DNA of 64,000 nt from Seison nebaliae (lineage: Eukaryota), in NCBI GenBank assembly GCA_023231475.1, contig JALJEE010002407.1:1-64000 (forward strand), written 5' to 3'. Shown here piece by piece: positions 51,701 through 64,000 of this stretch. Both the position numbers and the translations under genes were made by a program. Under the pieces are notes generated by a model that had not been told where the DNA came from, did no database searches, and saw only the letters and a program-made list of their open reading frames with translations. Position 1 is the first letter of the stretch. Each line of letters opens with the position of its first letter.

Positions 51701-54700
51701 GGGGAAGATATTTCTCAGTATCGTAAGATTTGTGCAATTCAATCATTCCCGATTGTCGATCGATCGAGAAATCTTCATAATAATTCAATAATTGATAATT
51801 GGAAGAGAAATTATTTCGAGTAATTCCGTTTGGTAAAATGAAAAAATATTGGACGTTATTTCCAGCGGCTAAATCACTTATGAAAATTTTGAAAATTTGT
51901 CCGGTAGAATTCTGAAAAATTAAGAAATTTTTTTAAAAAATTTTAAATTTTAATTTTATAAACGAACTTCTTTTATGTTGTATTGACATTCTTTCCTTTT
52001 GTATTCGTTGTACGTCGGATAAATTTGGGGAAGTGGAGATGAAATGATGTTGTGGCCAGTGAGGTCAATAATCAAATTGAGGAAGGCCTTCCTCCCACAA
52101 GAATTACGACATTCGATTTTCAACATTATCTGGTCTTGTCTCGATAAGATATCAGAATGTAATAATGACGATTCGACCACTAATAATCCAGTTTTTCTGC
52201 TAATGGAAAAATGATCTATAAGAAATGAAAATCAAAAACATAAACTAAAAGCAGACAAACTTTGTAAAACATCAGCGTTGGCTGTTGATAAGGAATAATC
52301 CACATCTGAATATGTTATATCGTTCGGTAAAGTTCTTTGACATGTGACTTGTTTAAAGACGGTTTTCGATGGCGTATTGACATCCAATTGAATGAATTCT
52401 GAAGCAATTTGGGGACAATTAGGATAATCACATTGGAAGTTCAAAGTTTCGATTCCCTCATTATCAACATGTATTTGCAACTAAAATTAATTGAATTGAT
52501 AAATAAAAAAATCATATAAATTATCAGAAATTTTAAATATTGTTCTTTCTTTTTATTTTAATTCGAAATCCCTTCGTGGCAAAGAATTAAATCGAAGAAT
52601 ATTTTAACCAAATTCGTAATACAAAATTGCTCCGAATTACATGATAATGTTGGTGCCATAAAGAGTCTTGATCGATTTCTGTTCGTTGATCTATCACAAC
52701 ATCTTATCGGTAATGTAAAGACAAATCTGGAAATGAAAAATTGTTTCAATTGAAAAATTTGTGGAAAAAAACTTGTTTGAAACAGACGAGTATAATTTGA
52801 GTGGGAGATCCATCAACAATCGACGAGTTTTTATTCTCTTTCATTTTCAAAATATAAAACGGATAAAATGATGATAAATTGATGATAAATTGATGAAAAC
52901 CTGATCGTTATCGATATAGAAATATTCTCTGGCTAATTGTAAATTTTGATCGTCATGTCCCAAAACAGACGAAGGATCTTGAATGATGTTACAAATTAGT
53001 TCGTCCTCCACATCTTTATCATTCAAATTTAAGAAATTGGAAATATTCCTTTGAAACACGTCGAGATTGGGTGTTAGTATGTCACATACAGTGGGACTTT
53101 TAACAACATTAATTTTGGCGATTGTTGCTAAATGAGAATTCTAAAAAAGAGAAAATTATCAAATTAATATGAAACGGAAAAATTTAACGTATTGATTGAC
53201 TGAATTGAGGGGAGAAAATGAATTGGAGTTTTGGGTAAATATGACAATATCTGACGTTATCCGTTCATTTCCCAAACGATATTCATAGTCGTTATTACAT
53301 TTAGTCACTTGGATTTTATAATGGAGAATGCGAGGTAAATGTGGAACTCGTAACAAAAAAAATTCACCTAATTTCAAATAACAATTCAAATATAAGAGAA
53401 TGTTAAGCAAACCCGATAATGGAGAGAATTCATGAATAAAAATTTGGGAAGATAAATTTCCGTTAGAAATAATTCCGTTTGCCGTAGCGTTCTCTTTATA
53501 AATTAATAAATATTCACTACATTCTTCTAAATTTCACATGAATGAAAATGAAAAATGAAATTTATGTGGAAACGGTTTCCGAGAAAAGCTATCGGTTTTC
53601 TGAATTGAACACCCAAAAATTCGCCGTTCTCAATTAACGAATGTTCACAAATATAATCGTAATAAATTCCATGAGAGAATTGAGGCAATTCTGCCATTGC
53701 CGTGTTGACGGATTTATTGAGAAATGTAACCGAACCTGAAAATGAATTAAAAAGTTTTAAAAATTCAAAAATTCAAAATAAACATTTTGTTTCGGTGATA
53801 TTGAGATTTTGTCGATGTCTAACCGAATATGTGACGTCGTATAAAAAAATTTGTGGAAACGATTTTATATTCATTTCATTCACTTTCAATACGTTTCCAT
53901 CAATTTCGAACAAATTCTAAAAATTTTCCTTTTGTAGAATGGGAGAAAATTGAAGAGGGAAACCGTTGGCAACGATTGAATTCGATTAGCTGAATGACCC
54001 ACGACACTGTTAATAGTAAATTGGAAATTCTGAATTTGATCATCTGATTCGACGGACGTGGCTAAATAATATCTTTCCAAAACATCTGTTTGAATTTGAA
54101 TTTTAAATGAATTAGAAAAATTATTTGACCTTTCGTTCGATTATCTGATTTGCAGATGATATTCTGATTGGGGAAATCCGTCGTGCTGATATCGAGAAAG
54201 AGTTGTTTATCACAATTCTCGTTCGAGATGATGAGCTTCAGACGAATTCTTTAAAACAAAGGACGAAATCAAAACTTTTAATATTATTCGATTGAGATTA
54301 CGGAAATTGAATAATTGATCTTCATTTCCAACACTCACAACTCCAGTTATTGGATCAATACGAAATCCTGTGATGGAACCATCATTCGGTTCAATCACTT
54401 GGAGTGAAGTGAATCTAATATTCGATCTATTCCCATCAATCGTCGAAACATCAATTCGAAATAATTTAGTATCTAAATAAAAATCAAATAGAAAAACATG
54501 AGAATTCAATAAGAACTTTGCGGTAAATTGTCAGATAATTGACGGATTAAATAAAATGTTTCGTTCGTTTTGATCGTATTGATATTTGGATAGAGTGCAG
54601 TTAAACGATCAATTGTTACACATCGATTATCATCCACTAATTGTGTTCTATCAATCACGTATAAATTGAGAATTGCTTCACTTGATATTAGTTGTCCCGT

Positions 54701-57446
54701 CCCCAAATCCATCGAACAAACAACTCGAAATCTAATTCTTAATTTAGAATTTATCAACAAATTAATAAATTTTAAATACGAACGGATCGGGAGAGATTGA
54801 TTGAATATTATTTCTTACGATTATTTTTCCCGTTTCTTCTTCCATTAAGAAGAGGTTGGAATCATTTGGATCGAATGGAAATAATTGATATCTGATAGGA
54901 CCATTTAAATTCTGATTATTTTGACACTAATAATGATCGGAATTATGATGAATTATCAAAAGAAAAAGATGTTAAACTTGTGTTTGGATAGAATTCGTAT
55001 TGTTATTAATGTCGAAAAATTCGAAAAGTTGAGGGTGTGCGTCGACGAAACTCAACGACGATACTTGGAAATTGGAGGGAGAAATTTGGAATTTCTTGAA
55101 AGTGGAAAATCCTCGTCCTATTTCCAAAATTGTTAAATTGCAGATATCGCAAACACAAACCTTGCTCATCAGTACATCGGATGAAATATGAATGAAAGGA
55201 GACAGTGTTATCGAATAATAAAATATTCGGTTTCAATTCGATCCTCCATCGATCTGGTGAAATTGGACGTAAGAAAAATCTGAAGAGAAATTCGAAAAAA
55301 AAATCGAAAAGAAAATTTAAAAAAAAATTACTTTTCTTTCGATGGTAGACCTTCCAATGTACAAATGGTACCATCGATTCCATTAATTCCTGAATCAAGA
55401 TCAGAAATCGGAAATTCTGTTATAATTCCGTTATTAACATCTCCATTATTTAACTGAATTATGTGAATTGGAGGAAGGATGAAAATAAATATTAAACTGA
55501 AAGGAAAATATCGGGTGAATCTATTTGAACTGGGTTGTCGTTTTTATCTTGTAAATCCAAATTAATGAGAGTCGATGTTTCTATTTGTCCACCGTTCGGT
55601 GTGATTGCAGTTAACTTAAAAATATTGTTGAGATTTTATAATGTGTTCAAGAACTTGTAAAGGAATTGTTCTTAATGACTCGAAATCGAAATTTGCACCG
55701 TTTTCAATAGTTAGTGCAAATTGATTGACATTTCCATCAAGTACGCCATCTGGTGATAATTTGATGGAATTGAGTAATTGTTGAATTTGCACATCGGTCG
55801 ATGGAGATGTTAATTTTATTTGATACGATTCGAATGGACTCTGATGAAAAGAATAAATAATTTTGATTTTAAGTTTAAAACGATTTCTGGTGAGACGAAT
55901 TTTATTGACGGAATTATGAAGGAGAATCCATTTGATGGTGTCTCTGGTAAACGAATGTTAATGGCACCTGTTGTTCCCTCAAATCTCTTAGGTTCGTCAT
56001 CGATATTTTGAACATCGAATGCCACCTGTGGAAAAATGTTCAATTGGAAATATGGATGAAAAAACAAACTAATTTAGCGGCTGAAGTTCCACCGTTCGCG
56101 TCAGTTACTTTCATTGGAATTCTGATAATATTTCCATTTGCTAATAGATCGGATGCTACCAATTGTCCATTGACAAAATTATAATCAGCATTTAAATTCG
56201 CTTTTAATTCAATTTGACCGGTTGATGGATTTAAACTCAAATATTTTTGAGCTAAAACAAAATCGTTGGAGGATAATTGAACTATTTGAGATTATTTGAA
56301 TTTGAAATAAATTTGGGATTAAGATAAAATTGAACATTCATTCCGTTCCGCTACCGATAATCCATTATATTCTTGTTCTGTTAAGAAGGAATATGTGAGT
56401 GCTCCAGAAGCACCAGATGTTTGAACATTCAACGGAAGAATAGTGTTCTATAAAATCATTTTAATTTATTTTTTAATTGAAAATAACAATTTGTAAATTC
56501 TCTCCAATTGGAATTAGATTGTTCGGTGAAAGATTTAATTCTATTGAACTTCCAGTTGATCCGTCAGTTACTAATAGATAAGAATGTCTCGTCGTGATAA
56601 AACCATCCTAAAGAAATTTGTTGACCTTTTCTAAAAGAAATTTGAATTTAACGTTCGTCTCACAAACGATTTGTACAATTTTTTTGAGATCTGCAGGTAT
56701 TTCACCATCCAAAACTAAACGATATTTCCATTGGAGATTAGTGTTTCCAAGTAACGCTTCCGTTTTCACTCTCAAATTTGAATTCTAATTTATTCTTAGA
56801 CATCTCCAATTCCAAATAAAGAACTAACGTCACTTGCACAATTTGTAGTTCCGACAATTCTATTCGTTTGATCTGCGTCAGTCACGGCAATCTCAGGAAT
56901 AATAACACCACCATCAGTTAAATTCTAGGAGAGAAATATGAATTTATGTAATGGATTATTCTACGAACCGGATCTAATCGATAAATTGATCCATCTTCTA
57001 CAAATATCGGTTTATTATCGTTATCGTTCAGAACATTTATTTCCAATGTTGCCGTCTCAAAATCCGTTCCGCCAAATTCTTTCGCAGTAATTACGGCAAT
57101 AATTCGAAATTCATTCTGATGGATAATGGAAGTTATTTAAGAAATTCTAAAAGTTGAATGGAACTTCAAAATCTAAATTTCTAGATAAAAATAATTCATT
57201 TCCGTTCCTCAATTCTAGAGCGTCCGATATCACTTCAAATACTACCACATCGTTGTTAATGTTGGTTACTCCAGTTAACGTAATTATTTTTGTTCCTACT
57301 GCCCATGTTTCATTGAGATTGATTCTGGACAACTCATTTAGATTCGTTTCCGTTATTTCACTCACAACTGACGAGATAATATGATTGGGATTTAATGATG
57401 ATTACTAACCGTTAATGATGAGTAGACAATAAATTATTAAGTACAT
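48790..57446 (-). CDS. Non-classical cadherin-related single-pass receptor with many extracellular cadherin repeats; more than 30 exons; 3' end approximate
   Basis: Signal peptide MYLIIYCLLIINVVS; cadherin motifs LDFE, NDNDNKPIF, VTDAD, VTDANGG, DKNDNP, ISDLDSGING, FRIDPITGVV, FSIDRQSGMI. Transmembrane segment LIAATVLLGLLPLLALLTSCCLCLFL lies near 50075-50150, followed by a low-complexity cytoplasmic tail. Confidence 0.88.
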
Positions 57447-57703
57447 TTCTTTGAAGAATCAATTGGGAAAATTTCAATTTTATTTCAGATAAAGAAAAAT
57501 GAAAATTTTTGGAAATAAATTCTCTTCCAAAAAAAAAGAATTAACAATATAAATCGAGATGAAGCACATCAAAATAAAACAAGAGAAAGAAAAAAGAGGT
57601 TAATAGTGAAAATACTCCGATAAAATGAAAAGTTTCTTTACAATAAGAAATGATAATTGAACGGACAATAAAAAGAATTTTTCCTTCTTTATTCTTCGAA
57701 GAA

Positions 57704-60700
57704 TTATCCGATAAATTTCTTTCGAATACATCTACCCGGCAATTTCTCACGCCATTCTTCCGAGCATTGTTCGACTACTATCAATTCATTTTTTATTTCA
57801 TCATCCGATCTCATCGTACGACAATGTCCAAACGCAATGATCTATCAATTAATACACGAACAGATTATCAATTAGTTGGATAAATCGAAAGTGTAACTTC
57901 GTCATGAGAAACCAAACGGAAATTTCCAGTTTTTGGTGCTTCATTCCATCTTCTCTTACGGTTCTCATCAGCGTTCCAAAAGTTCACTTCATATTCGGGC
58001 ATTCGCTAAAAAAAATGAAACAATTTAAAATTTTGAAAGTGTGGAAAATAAAATGGAGAGAAAATGTACAAGAAATGCACAAGTTAGGCACAAAAAATGC
58101 ACGAAAATATTTGAATAATTAAATTTTTCTCCGGACTTGAAACAAATGAAAATTGTTTTAACTTCATTCCTATTTATCACATAATATCGATTGTTGGCGA
58201 AAACGATAAATTTATCTGTCGATATATAATCAATAGATAATGGACAGAACGGAAGTGCCACCCAATGTAAGGGCCATCGTTGCGTGTATTCTTTCGTCGT
58301 CTCCCACGAAATGTTACAATTCGCTTCCATGAAACTATAAAGCTTCTTACACCAATCATTCCTTTCCAATTGGGAAGCAGTGATGGTTTGTGCACTTTCC
58401 AAATCTTCCTCACTTTCATCCACATTAGTTGGCGACGCCACAGCATTTAGTTTATATTCTATAATCTGAACAGAAATGTAAATAGAAAATGAATTGAAGA
58501 GAATTGAACTTCTTTATTGGTGAACATAAAAAGAATATGATTTAATTCACTATTGATTCCATAACAATCGATATTTAGATCAAAATTTAAATAATCAATT
58601 GCCATCAATTGGAATTGATTATCGAACCGAAGAAATAAATTTTTTCCGTTACTCAACGAGATGAATATTCGGAATTGATCGATCAATTCTATCAATTTGA
58701 AGTGCAATATCCTCAACAATTTTCTACATTTCGGGAAATTGAGAGTGAGAATCAAATTCATTTCGTTCTCCACATGGAAAATTTTCATTTGAAAATCTAT
58801 ATCATTTTTACATAATTTCTCCGATTTCCCCATATGAATGGATGAGAATGTTGAATGTTCATTTGGATAATCGTCAATTGTATAAATGGATTTACTCTTA
58901 TTTTTCATTTCACCATCATAATCGATGGCGATCAAATATAAATCGTTATTTTTATTATATAATTGGACATGTGCCAATTTCATGGGCATCTTTCGACATC
59001 GAGTGAGAAGAACTGTCTCTTTAAGTAATTTGCGAGATGATGGTGATAATTCATATTCCAAACGATAAAGATAAAGATGATCTGTTGTCGTAAATGAGAG
59101 ATAATAAAGAAATGAATCTTCATTCCCTCCCATATTATTTGACATATCGATCGATGTCACATGAACCGAATCGATTTGTCTTGATAAACATAATTCTGCT
59201 AATTTCGATATTTGAAATCGAAGATCTGATTGGCGATTCTCTTTAAATCTCTTCAAAATCGATTCATTTTCTTTCAATTCATAAATTGTTATCGAATTTG
59301 TCCCTCGATAAATGATCAAATTATCTTTAACGAAAATTTTCTTATTCTAAAAAAGGTTGTTAAAATGCGATTTGTAAAAATTTAACAATTTTATCGAAAT
59401 ATGAAATTTTCACCACCGTTCCCAATTTATTTTTCATTCTTTTCTCTACCAACGTCAAATTGATGATATTAATATCACAATCGGCACTACCCGTCAATAA
59501 ATATTCATTTTTTTCTTTTTCATCGAAATAATATTGGACCGTTTCAATATCTCCTTTATGTTTCGTCCACAATTTATCGTTCGTCTTCCAAATAATCGTC
59601 TTCTCTTCATTTATCGTATAACTCAATTTCCATACACAATGATCCATTCCCACACAATAAAACATTCTTCTCTCCTTCAAATATTCAATTTAAATATTTA
59701 ATTGAAAATAAATTTTTTAAATTAGTTTAAACTTTCACCAAAATCATATCCAAAATGGACGACACACTTAATTTGAATTGTTTTAATAAAATTTCTCCTT
59801 CGACATTCCAAACGGAAACGGTGCCCGTCGAATCGCCACTAACCAAAATATTCATTTCCATTTGATAATTTCTGAAAATAATTTTTTTAGATTAATCTTT
59901 AAACGTTGAATAGACGAACGGTAAAAATAATAATTTCCAAATTATTAAATCATCAAAACGACGTTGATGACCGACATTAATTGAATGATATTTTTTCAAT
60001 GATTTATTCTCATTATTCATCGTATAAACATCAATCACGTCATTTCCACCCATAGCTAATAAACGTCCGTTGTCATTCCAATTAGCACAAATTATTCGAT
60101 TAACTCCACGTCGAATTACTTGAAATGATTCCATCGATGGCACCGAAATCAGATTGATCACTCCCTCCTCCGTTCCCAGCTAAAATAAATTATGAGACAA
60201 CATTCTTGCACTTAAAAAGTAACAGCGAAAATGGAGAAGGAATCATTATATGACATGGTCCAAACGGCTCCACCATCAACTGGACATTCTATCTGAAAAA
60301 AAAGTTTTAAAAAATTCTAAAAAATTTTTTTTTAAAAATTCAACTTTTGTTTGGAAATTTCTTGGGAATAATTCTAGAAATTTACCAAACGTTCCCGAAA
60401 CGTAAATTTGAGAATTGACAACTTCGAACGATTCTATCTTTCCGTCACCGATCCATTTCTCTTCCTTAATTTTATATCATGAATAAGTTCATTTTCGATT
60501 GAATAAATGTCTAACATGATCTAACATCCAATTGCCATTCACCAACGAATGTTCCTCAATTACATTGCTTTGTCTACTCATAGAATTATTGGATGAATGA
60601 TTCGTAGAAGAAAATTGTTAACCTGACAACAAATAAATGTTCGTCTTTTAAATCGATATAAAGACGTCGAACGAAATCAACTTGGAAGTCGAGATTGTTA

Positions 60701-60864
60701 ATTTTATGAAGAATTGTATTCATCTTTAGCACGTTCGCGTAAATAATTTTCTGACGCCTAACCTTAAATTTCAAATTGAAATATAAGAAATAATCATCGG
60801 TAGAGTTGGTAGATGAATTTTGAAGATTATTTTCGATGCGACATTTTGAAAATTGGTCTGACAT
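57704..60864 (-). CDS. UTP4: U3 snoRNA-associated protein 4 / cirhin (WD40); start may instead be the ATG at 60723
   Basis: GGAVWTMS..LGTEEG, RIICANW, IIWKLLF, LVSGDSTGTVSVW and C-terminal VVEQCSEEWREKLPGRCIRKKFIG*, which resembles the UTP4 ending LPP.I.KKKFG. Confidence 0.82.
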
Positions 60865-61637
60865 TTGAATTCTAAATTATTTGCCGCGTGTTTCCTCCAA
60901 TTTGAAAAAAAAATCACATTTCACATCTTGTTACAGGGACTTATAGTAGAGAGATATTATAGTTTCTTCATAATCACTCTTACTTTACTCCAGTCAGTTC
61001 ATTAATAGAATGCAAATAACTTATAAACCATGTTACAATTTTTATAACTATTTTTTTATAAACTACTATTTATAACGAATCTAATCATGAGGAATTTAAA
61101 AGAATTTAAATATAATATGAGAAAATAAGTAGTAAAACTGTATGTTATTGAAAAAAAGGTCGAAAATCTGAACTTATAGATCGAAAAGGATTTGAATTTT
61201 AGAATGCGAATTCATTTTTATAATTTAGAAAATTTTAAATTAAAAAAAATACGATCATCAATTAATTTGGAATGAACGGTGCGAATTAATGATTTAATTG
61301 TCAATTGGAATTAGAAAAGAAAAAATTCATTTTTTCCGCAATACAATAAAAATCAATGGTTCCTCATTCAAGGTGGAAGGTTAAAGATGGTAGAAGAATT
61401 CAGAATTTAAAAATTAAATTTAAAAAAGTTTTATTCAAAAGAAAAAAACAATAAAATATTTTATTTTTCCATTTTTTATTTATTTTTAGTTCATTAATGT
61501 CAACATGTTTTCGTTCGAATTTTTTCATTTATAAATTTATCAAGTTTCTTCATCAGAAGTTTGATGCATTGTTTATTAATCAGAAATAATTAGTGAATGG
61601 ATAAAATTGGAAAAGAAATAATTATTATAAATTTTAA

Positions 61638-64000
61638 TTATAGTGAACTGCCATATTTGTCGACGGTTCTTCTGATTTCATCGATGGAGAAATCGGATCT
61701 GATAAATAAAGAGAAATTTAAGAATAATTTTAGAAGAGAATAATAACCTTAATTTCATGATATTTTCGACGTCTTTTTTTGAGAATCGTCCTATGGTACT
61801 GGACGGTATGAGAAGTTCGATACAATCACATAATTCGTGCGGGGATTCCATGAGCAGAAGAGTTGAAATACCTGAGAGTCGAAAGAGTTTCTCTCGAATA
61901 CTCCAATTCATTCGATTGGTAAAGAAGTGGAGTATTCGTCGTACTTGTTTATCAAATATCGTCGCTCCAAACTAAAAAAAAGAAAAAATTATATGTTAAA
62001 AAATTCAAATAAAACTTTAGTGAAAGTAAATTTGATGATAGTTTTCTCTATTAATTGAGTGATCTCTTTCGCCATCCAAATAATGAGTTTATTTAAATAT
62101 TCCTCGAAAAGAATTTGAGAATTCTCTTTAATTATCACATCGAATTGACAAATGCAATCTAATAACACCGAATCATCAGGAATGGGATCTTGAATAGTTA
62201 AATTGTAGAAAGTTTTCTTGAATTGATCTTGCACACACTTCCTCAATAAACTTCTCACATTGTTCGTTGTGTAATGATTGAGACGAGTCTCGCCGATCTC
62301 TTCGAATTTTTCCGCTGAACTTTTACACAATTCATAAACACAAGATTGTAACATTTGAATTTGGTTTTCTGTCAATTCATGACGAATTGCCAAATTGTTA
62401 ATTTGTTGATTAAAATCACTAAATAATTTCTGAGAATTGCGACATATGATGGAAATGGTATTTAATCGTGCTAAATAACAAATAAATTTCTGTTCGTTCT
62501 TATTCTCTTTTTCTTTATTCTCCACGAAATTGTTATGATCGAATGAGAAAGAGGAATATTTGTCGAAACATTTTTGTGTATATTTCAAATAATTTCCACT
62601 CATCAAACTATTGAGATGTTGACAGAGTGAACAACTGACATCGATGGAAGCGGTCGATATGGCTAATTGGAAATAAGTTTGAATAATGTAAAATATTTCG
62701 TCACAACTGGAATAGATGTTGATGGAATTTTGATCATTCACTTGACATTGTATTAATGAATCAGTCGAGTAAATTTTATTTAACATAATTTGCAAATTCA
62801 TCTCCACCATATGAATATATGACGCATTGATCGAATGATATACTTCACTTAATTTGAATCGTTTGAGAACGATTTCTCCCACCAATTCCTCATCGATCTC
62901 TTCGTTCGATATCGAATTATCTTTGAATGAAATTCCGTTTAAATATCGTTGAATAAATAACGATTCTTTCGAGAATGTCGCTTCCTTCCAAATTAATTAA
63001 AAAATTTCAAATTTAAAAAATTTGGGAAACTTTAAAAGTTTTCTTGAGAAACGTCCGATATAAATGATACGACGAAATTATCGATGAATAAATCTGAAGA
63101 TTCTCTTCAATTTTATCTTTCTAAAATTAAAAAAATTTTTTGAAATAATTTTTAAAAATTTTAAAAATTAAAAATGAGGAAAAAAACCTGCATCATTTTC
63201 GGTTGAGATTCCATCCATGCTAATAAGAGAGAAATCGTCATCTCATTACAGATTGCGTCATGAATTTGACAAATGAAGATGAATAAACTGGTTCGACCTA
63301 AATCGATGATAAATTTTGATGGAAATGGAAATGGAATTTTGAACTGTAAAATTTTTGGAGAACAAGTCGACGAGACTCGATTGTATCTGCTAATGATTCG
63401 AAGATACTTCTCAATTTGATTTGAATTATTGAATCACTTTCTCGGAGAAATCCAATTCGATTCTTTAATTGTTCCACAATGAATTTGGAATATATTTCAA
63501 TTCCCTAAATCATTCCGATGGAATTAATTTAAATAAAGAAAATTGATAAATACTTCTCGTTCTAATGAAATTCGAGGAAGGAGAATAATAAATCGATCCA
63601 CTTCCTCCATATTCATCTTCTCAATATTCTTCCGTAATTCATTGAGAAGAACATCCTGAACTTTCTTCAATTGCTGACAATCTGTTACGTCGATATCATC
63701 ATCATCTGACGGATTGGTAGAAACGAGTTCCGCAGCTTTCTCAAAATCTTTTCTGTTCAATGCATCAGTCACTCCATCGAAACATTCCTCTTTCTTCAAT
63801 CGTTGAGAAACGCGTTTGTGCAACGAATCGGCATTTTGTTTAGTGAAATCTAATTTCCTCATCGTTTCCGACACTTGTGATGCGAGACGATTTGTCTCCT
63901 TCAATTTTTTATTCATATCACGACCTATTCTTTCCACATTCTGCAGACGATGATCAAATCCTTTTATTTCTTCCAATTTCCCATTGAACATCTTCTCACA
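61638..64000 (-). CDS. COG4: Conserved oligomeric Golgi complex subunit 4 (5' part outside the window)
   Basis: N-terminal LASQVSETMRKLD..DGVTDAL..DFEKAA; SSCDEIFYIIQ; C-terminal FTK|FGATIFDKQVRRILHFFTNRMNWSIREKLFRLSGISTLL..KLR|SDFSIDEIR. Confidence 0.9.

Noticed and set aside
60900..61100. Possible mitochondrial or transposon-derived insert between UTP4 and COG4
   Set aside because: Only a compositional impression; no gene, tRNA or inverted repeat was recognised.

Overview
This window is AT-rich, gene-dense animal DNA with very short introns (mostly about 40-70 nt). A proline-rich protein family here (PPPLVIRE-type) is one I recall from rotifers, so the source is probably a syndermatan, possibly Seison-like (inference). 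Reconstructed by hand from left to right: a dead non-LTR reverse transcriptase fragment; a Sp17-like RIIa/multi-IQ gene ending in a PEP-19-like module; DCAF13; a small coiled-coil gene only 71 nt downstream of DCAF13; a secreted protein with Gla-propeptide-like and poly-Asp segments; a large low-complexity/Pro-rich gene; then seven minus-strand genes (K2P channel, NELF-C/D, a caspase-fold protease, dystrophin, a cadherin-related receptor, UTP4, partial COG4). The most notable observations are: (1) about 85% of splice donors read GTT instead of GTR; (2) the caspase has lost all three Asp-specificity residues and carries a MALT1-like DMCRG motif; (3) dystrophin stops mid-rod with no WW/EF/ZZ region yet has internal alternative first exons; (4) a candidate vitamin-K-dependent acidic secreted protein; (5) an operon-like gene junction. 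All exon structures are manual predictions without transcript data.
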